In this document: positions 1 through 10,434 of the stretch, in pieces | Position numbering within the stretch: the first letter of the stretch is position 1 | Layout: each line of letters starts with the position of its first letter | Origin: a virus | Taxonomy: Duplodnaviria; Caudoviricetes | Direction: 5' to 3' (one strand) | Length of the DNA stretch: 64,000 bases | Virus record (IMG/VR): IMGVR_UViG_3300009161_003648 | Coordinates: 21,708 to 85,707 of that record | Program-made: the position numbers and the translations under genes | The notes under the pieces: model-generated | Databases searched by the model: none | What the model was told of the DNA's origin: nothing | Seen by the model: the letters and a program-made list of their open reading frames with translations, nothing else

Positions 1-436
1 TTATACCTCTACCTTCTCTTGTATATGGCCAACTTGATACTGGATAATAAGCTCTGGGGTGTAACCAATTAGGTAATGGTAACGATGGGTCACCATAATT
101 TGTAAAAACTATTGGATTATTAGGTGTACCACTTGGCGCTGTAAAGTAAGTACCGCCATCGTTCCAATAATACGCTGCGCAGTAATTATCATTTGGGTTA
201 CCATAAAAAACATCACCTCTTTTAAAACAAATCGTATCCCCAGCTCTAAAAGTTGAAGGTCCATTTGTCCCTGTTGACATGGAAGTTAATTTCCTCAAAG
301 TAGCCCATGGCGTTGCTTGATTTTGAGCTTGTGTTGTAGTGTAATTGTCGCTACCTGTTGAACTAAAATAAAATTTTCTAGCGTAAGTTGTTGTTAATGT
401 AATTAACAAAGTTAAAAGTAAAACTGTTTTTTTCAT
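1..436 (-). CDS. Secreted right-handed beta-helix (pectate-lyase/chondroitinase-like) protein, N-terminal part; runs off the left window edge
   Basis: Manual translation from ATG at 436: MKKTVLLLTLLITLTTTYA|RKFYFSSTGSD...PWATL...AGDTICFKRGDVF...SGTPNNPIVFTNYG. Sec-type signal peptide plus motifs typical of the N-termini of parallel beta-helix proteins. Absent from the supplied ORF track because it has no stop in the window. Confidence 0.7.
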   Translation of the reverse strand, partial: MKKTVLLLTLLITLTTTYARKFYFSSTGSDNYTTTQAQNQATPWATLRKLTSMSTGTNGPSTFRAGDTICFKRGDVFYGNPNDNYCAAYYWNDGGTYFTAPSGTPNNPIVFTNYGDPSLPLPNWLHPRAYYPVSSWPYTREGRGI

Positions 437-474
437 TTTTTTTTATTTTTTTTATTATTTATTAAAATATATTA

Positions 475-759
475 TTAAGCCGAAGGAATGGTAACCCAAG
501 AATAACCGTTCCATCTTTTTATTGTTGCCTTAACCCAAGAAGAACCATTCCATCTTTTAAATGCAATTAACTTAGAAACCCATGCTTTACCATTAAAAAT
601 TTTAGTTTGATAAGGTGTTGCTGGAATAGATAAAAAATAATCCGTCATTGCTGAGGTTATACTTTGTTGTTTTTGACCAAAAAAAATTTTGTTTTCTAAT
701 GACTCTGGTGTCACTAGTGATGACCTAAGCGGGTATTTACCTTGTCCAGTGTTTGGCAT
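475..759 (-). CDS. Small virion-associated protein with WNGxSWV repeats
   Basis: 94 aa, two KRWNGxSWV repeats at the C-terminus, co-oriented at the end of the fibre cluster. Confidence 0.5.
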   Translation of the reverse strand: MPNTGQGKYPLRSSLVTPESLENKIFFGQKQQSITSAMTDYFLSIPATPYQTKIFNGKAWVSKLIAFKRWNGSSWVKATIKRWNGYSWVTIPSA

Positions 760-769
760 ATTTTTGTTT

Positions 770-1561
770 TTATCCTTTTGTAAATATTATTTGTCCCGTG
801 ATTGCTGGTGCTGTGGTACCAACTGGCATAAAAATTAAAAACGGTACAGTATTGTCAAATAATCTTGGAAATCCAGATGTTATTGCATCAACTTGATTAC
901 CAAATCCAGCGCCTATATCTACACTAGCTAATATTCTATAACAAACTAAACTAAAATTTCCAGTAGTACCAATACTGCTAATTGAAAAATTTCTAACTTC
1001 TTTAGCGCCAGTATGACCACTAACAAATGCGATAGGGTAAATAGCCCCAATCAACGAAGTTGCACCAATACTTGTTGTACCCGTTGCTTGAACGTTATTA
1101 CTACTAGTATAACCAATACTTACCGTTGACCCAACAGAAGTTGTTGCTGACGTTACTTCAACACCAATCAAACAACCCTCACCATTTATTGATTGGTTAA
1201 TATCTCTAGCGGCAAACGCTACAGAATTTACTGTTTGTACTGTTGTCGTATTTGATAAAACACCAGAATTTTGCCATAATCTGTCGCATAATAACAATGT
1301 ACCCGCACTATTACTTAAAGCTGAAAATTTACTTAAATAAGTATTTTGTCCAGCTGTTGGATTAGTAAATGGTATTTGACCAGTATATGCTGTTAAAGCA
1401 GCACCAGCAATACCAATAGTTGTACCCGATGCCGAACCAGGTAGCCCACCCGCATATAATAAACTATATAATCTACCAGCTACAGTAGTAGTACCTGCTT
1501 TGTAAAAATTTACAGGTATTGTTGCACCTGATATTATTCCGTCTAATGTTGTTATTGCCAT
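770..1561 (-). CDS. Putative tail-fibre-associated/virion protein, paralog A
   Basis: 263 aa, G/T/S-rich beta-type sequence; paralog of 1574..2383 (shared AALTAYTGQIPFTNPTAGQNTYL, LCDRLW, SGFPR.FDNTVPFL). Confidence 0.55.
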   Translation of the reverse strand: MAITTLDGIISGATIPVNFYKAGTTTVAGRLYSLLYAGGLPGSASGTTIGIAGAALTAYTGQIPFTNPTAGQNTYLSKFSALSNSAGTLLLCDRLWQNSGVLSNTTTVQTVNSVAFAARDINQSINGEGCLIGVEVTSATTSVGSTVSIGYTSSNNVQATGTTSIGATSLIGAIYPIAFVSGHTGAKEVRNFSISSIGTTGNFSLVCYRILASVDIGAGFGNQVDAITSGFPRLFDNTVPFLIFMPVGTTAPAITGQIIFTKG

Positions 1562-1573
1562 ATTTTATTTTTT

Positions 1574-2383
1574 TTATCCTTGTGTATATATTATTTGTGC
1601 TGATAAAGTTGGTACACCTGCTGAAACATCGTGCCACATTAATAAAAATGGAACGGTATTATCAAACATTCTTGGAAATCCAGATGTAAATGCGTCAACA
1701 CTATTGGTTCTACCCATTCTATAATCCACCGATGACATTATCCTAAACGCAACTAATGAATAAGCCCCAGTATTACCTGTAGCACTATGTGTAATAGTAC
1801 CAATAGCCTTAACACCCGTATGACCCGATAATAACGGTACTATTCTAAACGTACCAGCCGATTGAGTGCTAGTCATAGTAACTGATGTTGAACCTGTTGT
1901 ATCTGTACTAGAGGTATATGTAATAGTTAAAGTGTTAGTTGCCGATAACGCCATAGTTGTTGAAATCTCAAACCCCAAGTAAATACCTTCACCATTTGTT
2001 GATTGATTAACATCTCTAGGTGGAAATGTAACTGAATTTACTGTTTGTGCGCTTAATGTTGTAAGCGAAATGGAAGAATTATGCCACAATCTGTCACATA
2101 AAAAAAGAGTACCATTTAAACTTGTGGTTGTAGATTGTACATATGCGGAGAATCTACCTAAATAAGTATTTTGTCCAGCTGTCGGATTAGTAAATGGTAT
2201 TTGACCAGTATATGCTGTTAAAGCAGCACCAGAAATACCTTCAGTATTTGCAGTAGCCCCACTAGGAAAACCAGCGGCATAAATTAAAGAATTAAGTTGA
2301 CCCTGAGTAGCATACCCTGTTTTAATTATTTGTATCGGTTGGGCCAACCCACTAATAACACCATCTAAACTATTGATTGCCAT
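1574..2383 (-). CDS. Putative tail-fibre-associated/virion protein, paralog B
   Basis: 269 aa tandem paralog of 770..1561. Confidence 0.55.
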   Translation of the reverse strand: MAINSLDGVISGLAQPIQIIKTGYATQGQLNSLIYAAGFPSGATANTEGISGAALTAYTGQIPFTNPTAGQNTYLGRFSAYVQSTTTSLNGTLFLCDRLWHNSSISLTTLSAQTVNSVTFPPRDVNQSTNGEGIYLGFEISTTMALSATNTLTITYTSSTDTTGSTSVTMTSTQSAGTFRIVPLLSGHTGVKAIGTITHSATGNTGAYSLVAFRIMSSVDYRMGRTNSVDAFTSGFPRMFDNTVPFLLMWHDVSAGVPTLSAQIIYTQG

Positions 2384-2402
2384 TTTTTATTTTTTTTATT
2401 TT

Positions 2403-5400
2403 TTATACACTTAAATCAATCCAAATATCATTAAGTTGCGGCGCAACAGGTGCTGTTGCGGACGCTGTTATTGTTGATATTCCATTAGCAATAACAACAT
2501 CTTGTCTATATGTTATAACACCATTTGAATCTGAGACTAAAAATTTATTATCATAATTTGTATTTTGTTGTAATCCCTCAATTCTTATTGGATTTGCTGT
2601 TGAATATACATGCAACGCATTTGTTATAGCTGAAGTAGCAACGTTAATACCAATTCTACCATTTGCTTGTGCTGTTGTAATTGGATTACCATCAATTGAA
2701 CTATATGTACCAGTACCTAATAGGACACCACCAATATTTATACTATTTGTTGTACCACTAGGTAAAGAAATATTGGTACCAATAATAATATTATTTGAAC
2801 CAATTTTATTACCTGTAACACCTTTACCAGCTTGGTAACCAATTAATGTTGAACCAGTAGTAGTGGTATTAAAACCTGCTTGAGTACCTATAAATACTGA
2901 ATTATTAGAGTTTGATGACTGATAACCAGCTTGATACCCCATAAATGTTGAACCGCTAGAATTTTTTGTACTAAAACCTGCTTGATAACCCAAGAAATTT
3001 GAATTCGTTGTTCCTGATGATGTATAACCAGCTTGATAACCTAAAAAATTTGTATTAGTAGAACCTGATGATGTATAACCAGCTTGATTACCTATAAAAA
3101 TTGCATTAGCTGCATAATTAGAAGCATATCCAGCTTGATAACCTAACATTACAGTATCGGTAACACCTATTACTCCCGTACCAGCCGCGCGACCAATAAA
3201 GGTCGAATTGGTAGCAGAATAAGCATCAGCACCACAATTCTGACCAATCATTACTGTATCATTTAAATTTTTGGTACGTTCACCAGCTGATTCATTTATA
3301 AATGTAGAATATGAATTACCTGTAGATGAATCACCAGCCAAACGACCAACAAACACGCTACGTGAACTATTTACAACACTAATTGCCGATTCAAATCCTA
3401 TCGCTGTATTTTGAAGATGTGTATAACCAGATGGATTACCCCATCCTAGTGAACCCAAAGCGTTCCAACCACTTCTATAACCAACATAAACGCCATAAGT
3501 ATCATTTGTCATACCATAACCAGCTTCATGCCCAATAATTGTCGAATTAAAATTATTTTTTCCAAACTTACTAGCTTGATAACCAATTGCAACTATTGAT
3601 GAATTATTTCCATAAGAAGAAATAGTTGTAGCTGTTATACCTGTACTACCATAATTAGCTTGGTAACCAATTATGGTAGAACCTGACATATTATTTAATG
3701 ATTGGTAATTAGCCTCATAACCTATAACATTTGAATAAGTTGATGCGCCATTAAATTGGTAATTAGCTCGATAACCTATTGCATATGAATGCGAAGAGCC
3801 GCTTGACTGATAACCAGCTTGCTCACCAATAAAAATAACATTTGTTGATTGCGCCCCACTAATTGATGACTGATAACCAGCTTGGGTACCAATAAAAATT
3901 GAATCTGTTGGTGTATGGTTATAACGACCAGCCTCAGACCCAATACCAATTGAAGCACCAAGCGTGTTACCATTACCACCAGCATTTGGCCCAATATATA
4001 CTGAAGATGATGCCCCATTTGTACTTGCGCCAGCACCAAGACCAATAAGAACAGAATTAGAAGAAGTGCCAGACATACGTTGAGCCGCTTGATAACCAAT
4101 AGCAACTGAACTATTTAAACTTGTACCAGTAGATGAAAATTGTCCTGCTGTTCGACCAATAATAACACTATTAGTGGCGGTACCACTAAAACTATCTACC
4201 GCATCATAACCTAAAATTACTGAGTTACCAATAGTCGAACCAGTATTAACATTCTTAGCTGCGTTTGGACCAATAATAATACTATTACTAGCGGTACCAC
4301 TAAAACCTTGTGCTGCGCCATTACCCATAACAACAGCAGATGAAATTGTCGAAGCAGTCCAAACAGCGTTACCTGCATTTTGACCAATAAAAACACTACC
4401 ACTAGCAGTACCAGCAAAATTTTGTGCTGCGCTAACACCCATAGCAACAGAATTAGTAAAACTTTTAGAATTATAACCAGCCAAACTGCCTATCAATACA
4501 GAACTACTAACATTATTTGCTAAATAACCAGCCGAAGAACCAACAATAACAGCGCTATTAGAAGAACCACTAATTCTTCTACCTGCATTATTACCAATAA
4601 AAACACTATTTGAAATAGTTGCAAGATTTGTTGTACCAGTAGTTGGGGTAAACGGTTGTGTTGCTGCAAGGCTACCAATCGCAATAACATTTGTAGCCTC
4701 ATTTGCTGTTCCAGCACTTATAAGTGTTTGATACCCAACAGATATACTGTAAGTTAATCCAGTAGACCTAGAACCAGAATCGGTACCAATTAAAACACTA
4801 CCGAATGAACCAATATTATTTAACCCAGCCCTATACCCTATATAATCGGAGTAATCATTTAAAGTTGCACCACTACCAGCTTGGTAGCCAATAAAATTAA
4901 AAAATTTGGTATCAGTAGCCCCACTACCAGCTTCATAACCAATTATATTACCATATTGTATATTACTAGACAATTTACCAGCTGAAGTACCAATAAGTGT
5001 TGTACCTGTTATGGCGGACGCTTGATAACCAGCTTGGTTACCAATAAAATTTAAATCACTATTTACGGTTACATCTGAAAAAAGAACACCCAAACCCGCA
5101 TTGTAACCAATAAAATTCGAGAAAGTTATACCAGTTGATGATTCACCAGCACTAGTACCAATAAAAGTTGAATTGCTTGTATTACTTGCACTATTACCAG
5201 CGTCAGAACCAATAAAATTTGAAGAGTCTACATTAGTAGTCACATTACCAGCACTAGTACCAATAAAATTTGAGTTTGGGGAACCACTTGCAAGATACCC
5301 AGCATTATTCCCGATAAAATTAGAACTATCAGAACCTCTTGCCCCCATACCAGCAGCGAGACCAATAAAATTAGTAACTACAGAGCCTGTGGTGCCACTA

Positions 5401-8400
5401 CCAGCATTCGTACCAATAAAATTTGAATTTGTAACACCTGTTGCCTCATAACCAGCATTAGCACCAATAAAATTTGAATTACTAGCATTAGTTGCTCCTT
5501 GACCAGCATAGGAGCCCATAAAGTTTGAATCACTAACATTAGTTGCACCATTACCAGCATTTAAACCAATAAAATTTGAACTACTACTACCACTTGCTTG
5601 ATTACCAGCATTAGGTCCTAGGAAATTTGAATAGTAAGCATCATTTGCTGACGTACCAGCACCAGACCCAAAAAAGTTTGAATTGTAAGCATCAGTTGCG
5701 TTATTACCAGCATTTTGACCCAAGAAATTTGAATTACTAGCACCCGTTGAACTCTGACCTGCATAACCACCTATAAAATTAGAATATGTTGCATTTGTTG
5801 AATACTTACCAGCATTATAGCCAATAAAATTTGAATAGCTTGAACTAGTTGCCTCACTACCAGCAAAACTACCAATAAAATTTGAACTGGATACGTCTGG
5901 GCTGTTAATACCAGCATTATTACCAATAAAATTTGAATTGCTTGAACCAGTTGCTAAATAACCAGCACTATTACCAATAAAATTTGAACCTTCAGAATTT
6001 GACGCAGACTGACCAGCACTAGGACCAATAAAATTTGAAAAACGTGAATTATTTGTGCTACTACCAGCCAAATTACCAACAACAAACATAAGTTCATCTA
6101 AAGCTTGAGCGCCATCACCAATAGCTATTGAATTTGCTGATAATACAACTGGTGGTGTTGTTGGGTCTCCTGCTGGTTCAGCGTAATATTTTAAAGAAAC
6201 TGTTGATGAGCCACCAGTTAAACCAGAAAGTGGATAAGCATGCAATACACCATCCAAACCAACACTCACAACATATGTATCAGCCGTTGTTGCTGTTAAC
6301 CCTTGGAATCTAACTGGGTTTGTTGCTGCTGATATATGTAATGTATTTGTTGCTGCAGTTGTACCTAAACCAGTATTTCCAGATGCGTCAATGTACAACC
6401 TAATTGTACCAGCACCATTAGCAATAACGATACTATCTGTTAATCCGCTTGTAAGTTGTGGTATATTGTGTCCAATGACAAGGTTATTGCTTCCTGTTAT
6501 AATACCTTTACCAGCATAATTACCGATATAAATATTATTATCACCACTTGTTTGTCCAGAACCAGCAATAAAACCAATTAGTATTGTATTGTTTAAAATA
6601 GAAGTACCAGTGTAAACGTTATTTAACAAACCAGTTGAAAAACCAACACTAGTATTACCAGTACCACTTGTATTATGATATAAAACGTAAGCACCAACGC
6701 CAGTATTAGCACTAGAAGTTGTATTATTAAATAGCGCTAAAGGACCAAAACCTGTATTATAAGAGCCTGTTGTATTATTTCTCATAGAATTAGTACCAAC
6801 AGCTGCATTTATTATACCTGTTGTATTTGCACCTAATGAAACAAAACCAATAGCTGTGTTTGACGTACCAGTAGTATTTGCATTTAAAGCACTCGCACCA
6901 ACTGCTGTATTATTATTACCGTTAGTAAAAACACTCAAAGCACCATTACCAATAGCAATATTACTACTACCACCTGTAAACCTATTTAATGCTAGATAAC
7001 CAATTGCAACACCTAAACTACCCGTTGTGTTTGCAGCCAGCGCACCCGAACCAATCGCCATGTTTCTAATACCAGTAGTGCTTAAAGATAAAGCACCAGC
7101 ACCAATAGCTGTATTTTCAGTACCTGTTGTATTATTAGTTAATGCGCTTGTGCCAATTGCATTATTACTGTGCCCACTTGTATTTTTTGCTAATGCTTGA
7201 TAACCAATTGCTGTATTACTATAGCCGCTTGTAATCGCTGATAATGAACCAGCACCAATACCCGTATTACCACCGAAATTAAGTCCTGAGTTAATTGTTG
7301 CGAAGTTACCAGCATTTGCACCTAAAAATAAGTTATTAGAACCATATGTATGTATAAATCTATTTGAATTTTGATTTATGACACCAGAACTTGCCGATGT
7401 TGTACTAGGTATATCAACAGTTGTTGCGGATAAACTACCATTAACTGTTAAGCCTGTTGTTGATTGTATTATTGCTGTAAAAGTACCACCTGTTGAAGTG
7501 TTTATTGTAAATGTATTTGATGTTGGTGAATATGAAAAATTAGATATACTTGTATCAGTATATCCACTTGTAAAACCCGACACATCAAATGTTCCACGAC
7601 CACTCAACGCCAACCAATTAGTTGTATCAGCTGTTGGAGGTATTGGACTAGGTCCAGCATTAGTAGATATTACAAAATAATCTTTATTATTACCGCTATA
7701 GGTAACAACCGTACTAGCAGTATATGCGGACACCGCTCTCCAATTACCAGCGTAATATAAACCAGTACGGCTATTGTTAACATTTGAATAGAATGTAACA
7801 ACACCATTGTTTTTATTATAGGTTCCACCAGTTACAGTCATATCCGTCGCTAATATACTTAGATTTACTGTTAATGGTGAGTTATTGTTTTGGTTAATAG
7901 TTAAATCATAATCACCCTGACTAAATGTAAACCCAGTAACATAAACGTCTTTCGGCAATCCATTATATTGTGTTGCTGATATTGTTGTTGCTGAAAAAGT
8001 ATTGGCAGACAATCCGTTGGTAAATAAAGTAGCACCATTAACTGTACCACCAGTAAACATGTCTATTGGTAAATTAAGATATTCATTAGCATATATTGTA
8101 CCACCACTTATTGTATTAGCAGACAAACCATTTGTAAATGTTGTAAGTCCATTAACCGTACCACCTGTAAAATTATCTACTGGTAAATTAAGGTATTCGT
8201 TAGCATATATTGTACCACCACTTATTGTATTTGCCGATAAACCATTTGTAAATGTTGTAAATCCACTAACAGTACCACCTGTAAAGTTACCAACAGGTAA
8301 ATTAAGATACTCGTTAGCATATATCGTACCACCACTTATTGTATTTGCTGATAAACCACCAGTAAATATTGTTTCACCATTAACAGTACCACCAGTAAAG

Positions 8401-8621
8401 TTACTAACAGTTTTTAATACTAAGTCATTATCGGCGATACCGCTATAATACCAATATTCAACCACACCAGAACCAGAGAAAATACCAACGGTTAGACCCT
8501 TTGTTCTTTGTAATGGTAGTATATTAGTATTGGCATCCGTAATACCACTCCATGGACCGTAACGGCTGTCCAATAATTTTGGTGAGATACTATTTATATT
8601 GTCACTAAGATTTATTGCCAT
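2403..8621 (-). CDS. Long tail fibre / adhesin with ~14-aa beta-roll (YadA-head-like) repeats
   Basis: 2072 aa; dozens of NTAIGxxAL / SNFIGxxAG / SVxIGxxAG repeats; N-terminal 38-aa repeats; C-terminal PxxNDIWID motif; located in the structural cluster. Confidence 0.8.
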   Translation of the reverse strand: MAINLSDNINSISPKLLDSRYGPWSGITDANTNILPLQRTKGLTVGIFSGSGVVEYWYYSGIADNDLVLKTVSNFTGGTVNGETIFTGGLSANTISGGTIYANEYLNLPVGNFTGGTVSGFTTFTNGLSANTISGGTIYANEYLNLPVDNFTGGTVNGLTTFTNGLSANTISGGTIYANEYLNLPIDMFTGGTVNGATLFTNGLSANTFSATTISATQYNGLPKDVYVTGFTFSQGDYDLTINQNNNSPLTVNLSILATDMTVTGGTYNKNNGVVTFYSNVNNSRTGLYYAGNWRAVSAYTASTVVTYSGNNKDYFVISTNAGPSPIPPTADTTNWLALSGRGTFDVSGFTSGYTDTSISNFSYSPTSNTFTINTSTGGTFTAIIQSTTGLTVNGSLSATTVDIPSTTSASSGVINQNSNRFIHTYGSNNLFLGANAGNFATINSGLNFGGNTGIGAGSLSAITSGYSNTAIGYQALAKNTSGHSNNAIGTSALTNNTTGTENTAIGAGALSLSTTGIRNMAIGSGALAANTTGSLGVAIGYLALNRFTGGSSNIAIGNGALSVFTNGNNNTAVGASALNANTTGTSNTAIGFVSLGANTTGIINAAVGTNSMRNNTTGSYNTGFGPLALFNNTTSSANTGVGAYVLYHNTSGTGNTSVGFSTGLLNNVYTGTSILNNTILIGFIAGSGQTSGDNNIYIGNYAGKGIITGSNNLVIGHNIPQLTSGLTDSIVIANGAGTIRLYIDASGNTGLGTTAATNTLHISAATNPVRFQGLTATTADTYVVSVGLDGVLHAYPLSGLTGGSSTVSLKYYAEPAGDPTTPPVVLSANSIAIGDGAQALDELMFVVGNLAGSSTNNSRFSNFIGPSAGQSASNSEGSNFIGNSAGYLATGSSNSNFIGNNAGINSPDVSSSNFIGSFAGSEATSSSYSNFIGYNAGKYSTNATYSNFIGGYAGQSSTGASNSNFLGQNAGNNATDAYNSNFFGSGAGTSANDAYYSNFLGPNAGNQASGSSSSNFIGLNAGNGATNVSDSNFMGSYAGQGATNASNSNFIGANAGYEATGVTNSNFIGTNAGSGTTGSVVTNFIGLAAGMGARGSDSSNFIGNNAGYLASGSPNSNFIGTSAGNVTTNVDSSNFIGSDAGNSASNTSNSTFIGTSAGESSTGITFSNFIGYNAGLGVLFSDVTVNSDLNFIGNQAGYQASAITGTTLIGTSAGKLSSNIQYGNIIGYEAGSGATDTKFFNFIGYQAGSGATLNDYSDYIGYRAGLNNIGSFGSVLIGTDSGSRSTGLTYSISVGYQTLISAGTANEATNVIAIGSLAATQPFTPTTGTTNLATISNSVFIGNNAGRRISGSSNSAVIVGSSAGYLANNVSSSVLIGSLAGYNSKSFTNSVAMGVSAAQNFAGTASGSVFIGQNAGNAVWTASTISSAVVMGNGAAQGFSGTASNSIIIGPNAAKNVNTGSTIGNSVILGYDAVDSFSGTATNSVIIGRTAGQFSSTGTSLNSSVAIGYQAAQRMSGTSSNSVLIGLGAGASTNGASSSVYIGPNAGGNGNTLGASIGIGSEAGRYNHTPTDSIFIGTQAGYQSSISGAQSTNVIFIGEQAGYQSSGSSHSYAIGYRANYQFNGASTYSNVIGYEANYQSLNNMSGSTIIGYQANYGSTGITATTISSYGNNSSIVAIGYQASKFGKNNFNSTIIGHEAGYGMTNDTYGVYVGYRSGWNALGSLGWGNPSGYTHLQNTAIGFESAISVVNSSRSVFVGRLAGDSSTGNSYSTFINESAGERTKNLNDTVMIGQNCGADAYSATNSTFIGRAAGTGVIGVTDTVMLGYQAGYASNYAANAIFIGNQAGYTSSGSTNTNFLGYQAGYTSSGTTNSNFLGYQAGFSTKNSSGSTFMGYQAGYQSSNSNNSVFIGTQAGFNTTTTGSTLIGYQAGKGVTGNKIGSNNIIIGTNISLPSGTTNSINIGGVLLGTGTYSSIDGNPITTAQANGRIGINVATSAITNALHVYSTANPIRIEGLQQNTNYDNKFLVSDSNGVITYRQDVVIANGISTITASATAPVAPQLNDIWIDLSV
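5030..6045 (-). repeat. 42-nt (14-aa) coding tandem repeat array, about 24 units
   Basis: accaataaaatttga-like core recurring about every 42 nt, encoding SNFIGxxAG. Confidence 0.9.
7992..8402 (-). repeat. 114-nt (38-aa) coding tandem repeat, 3 full copies plus a partial fourth
   Basis: ccaccacttattgtatt recurs at 8101, 8215 and 8329 (period 114); unit NFTGGTVxGxTxFTxGLSANTISGGTIYANEYLNLPx. Confidence 0.95.
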
Positions 8622-8626
8622 ATTAT

Positions 8627-10423
8627 TTAATTATTTATATATTCTAATGTTTGTTGGTCAGTAGCATAAAGACTCCAATGCACTTTATAATTAACCCCAG
8701 ACCAATAAGATTCTGGACTTTTAACAGGCTGTATAACAGCATCTGAAATAAAACCATATACATTACCAATATTGCCGTTATCCAAGACATCAGTACCCTG
8801 CCATTTTGTTTTTGTTGTATACCCAGAATAATAGGCAACCCAAATAAATTCACCAGTGTTTGGTGTATTATAAGGTACCGATATCGTACCAGACGCTGAT
8901 AATAAAACTTTATTTGCCGTACCAGCGGATATGGTATCTGCAATACTCTGAGCTGTTGGTAATGTATCTGACTTACCCCAGAAATATGGGTATATACCAG
9001 TTATAGTAAATGTTGTTGAAGAAAAATTACTACTAGCCGCTTGTGGTGCGTTAACAGAACGCACAGCTGGTGTTCTTGTATCGACAACCCCCTTGTTATT
9101 ATTTTTAGAAGACCCAGAAGCATAATTACCATCACCGTTATAAGTTGTTGTCGATGAATTACCCACTACAGGTGCTGGTATAGCATACGATTCGGAATAT
9201 GACGGTGTCATTGTATATCTAAAATTAGGGTTATTAGGATTTGGATATGTAAACTGATTTGGGATATTTGGTTCTTGTGATACAGTAAATGTTGTATCGG
9301 TAAACAATGAAGAACCATTCCTTAACACCCTTAATTGTAAAAAAGCACCAGCATCATTTTTAATACCAAAAACACTAATATTCGGTGAATAAGTCAAACC
9401 AACCTCTAACGTTTGTGTTGATGGTCCCGTCATTGTAATTGTTGGGATTGTATATGTTGGATTAGCAACAGGGAATAAAATATCGTCAAACAACTGAACC
9501 AATGTTCTACCAGTCAATGAAGAAACCACTGTACCAGCAGACAAACCACCAACAGTTGTGTTCATTGCTAATGTTCCATCTAAAGTAGTATTATAAAGAC
9601 TAAATAAACTATTACCATTTCTACCTAAACCAGTATTTGCTGATACTGTAATACCAACATTTGAAAGATTTGACCCATCACCATAATATGTTGACGCACT
9701 AACAGTTCTTGCCGATATTGTATTTGCTGTTAATGAATTAATATTAACAGTAGTTGCTGAAATTAAATTAGAACTAATTGAACTTGCATTTAAAGTATTA
9801 AATGTTGCACCACTATTAACGATTAAATTACCATTAATAGTTAATCCAGTCATTGAATTTATAATCGATGTAAATGTTCGACCGCTAGAATCATTAATCG
9901 TTAATGTGTTTGCTGAAGGTGTATAATTAAAATTAGTTATAACTGTATCCGTATAACCACTTGTAAAACCACTAACATTAAATGTACCACCGCTATTATC
10001 AATAAATGTTACAACACCAGTATTTTTATTGTATGTACCACCAGTTACCTTCATCTCTGTAGCTAATATTGCTAAAGATTGGGTTGTTGACCAATTATCA
10101 TTTCTACTAACTGTTAAATTATAATGAGCAACATTAAATGTAAGTCCTGTTACATAAATGTCATCAGATGGTTTAAAAAAACCAGTTACATTAAATGTGC
10201 CACCACTTACATTAACAAAAGTAATAATACCAGTAGTATTATTATATGTACCACCAGTTATTACGGTATTAACATTTAAACCGTTTGTAATAAAATTTGT
10301 TAAACCACTTAATGCTACTTTTTTTGTATCACCACCATTAACAATAGGCATAACATCATTATTAGTTAACGATGTGGCTAATGAAAATTGACTAATTTTT
10401 TTATTTTGACCTTGTACTGGCAT
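8627..10423 (-). CDS. Tail fibre / virion structural protein
   Basis: 598 aa; N-terminal KKISQF anchor-like motif, TGGTY repeats; shares a ~110-aa module with the 2072-aa fibre. Confidence 0.65.
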   Translation of the reverse strand: MPVQGQNKKISQFSLATSLTNNDVMPIVNGGDTKKVALSGLTNFITNGLNVNTVITGGTYNNTTGIITFVNVSGGTFNVTGFFKPSDDIYVTGLTFNVAHYNLTVSRNDNWSTTQSLAILATEMKVTGGTYNKNTGVVTFIDNSGGTFNVSGFTSGYTDTVITNFNYTPSANTLTINDSSGRTFTSIINSMTGLTINGNLIVNSGATFNTLNASSISSNLISATTVNINSLTANTISARTVSASTYYGDGSNLSNVGITVSANTGLGRNGNSLFSLYNTTLDGTLAMNTTVGGLSAGTVVSSLTGRTLVQLFDDILFPVANPTYTIPTITMTGPSTQTLEVGLTYSPNISVFGIKNDAGAFLQLRVLRNGSSLFTDTTFTVSQEPNIPNQFTYPNPNNPNFRYTMTPSYSESYAIPAPVVGNSSTTTYNGDGNYASGSSKNNNKGVVDTRTPAVRSVNAPQAASSNFSSTTFTITGIYPYFWGKSDTLPTAQSIADTISAGTANKVLLSASGTISVPYNTPNTGEFIWVAYYSGYTTKTKWQGTDVLDNGNIGNVYGFISDAVIQPVKSPESYWSGVNYKVHWSLYATDQQTLEYINN

Positions 10424-10434
10424 CTTTTTTTAAT

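Noticed and set aside
5030-6045. Regular 42-nt repeats as a possible CRISPR array
   Set aside because: Units are degenerate at codon third positions, keep one open frame (SNFIGxxAG), have no unique spacers, and no cas genes are present
3776-10391. Nested and antisense ORFs in the track (e.g. 3776..4105, 5173..5451, 7378..7680, 8002..8448, 10158..10391)
   Set aside because: Shadow frames of repetitive, codon-biased fibre genes; low-information sequences without their own start context
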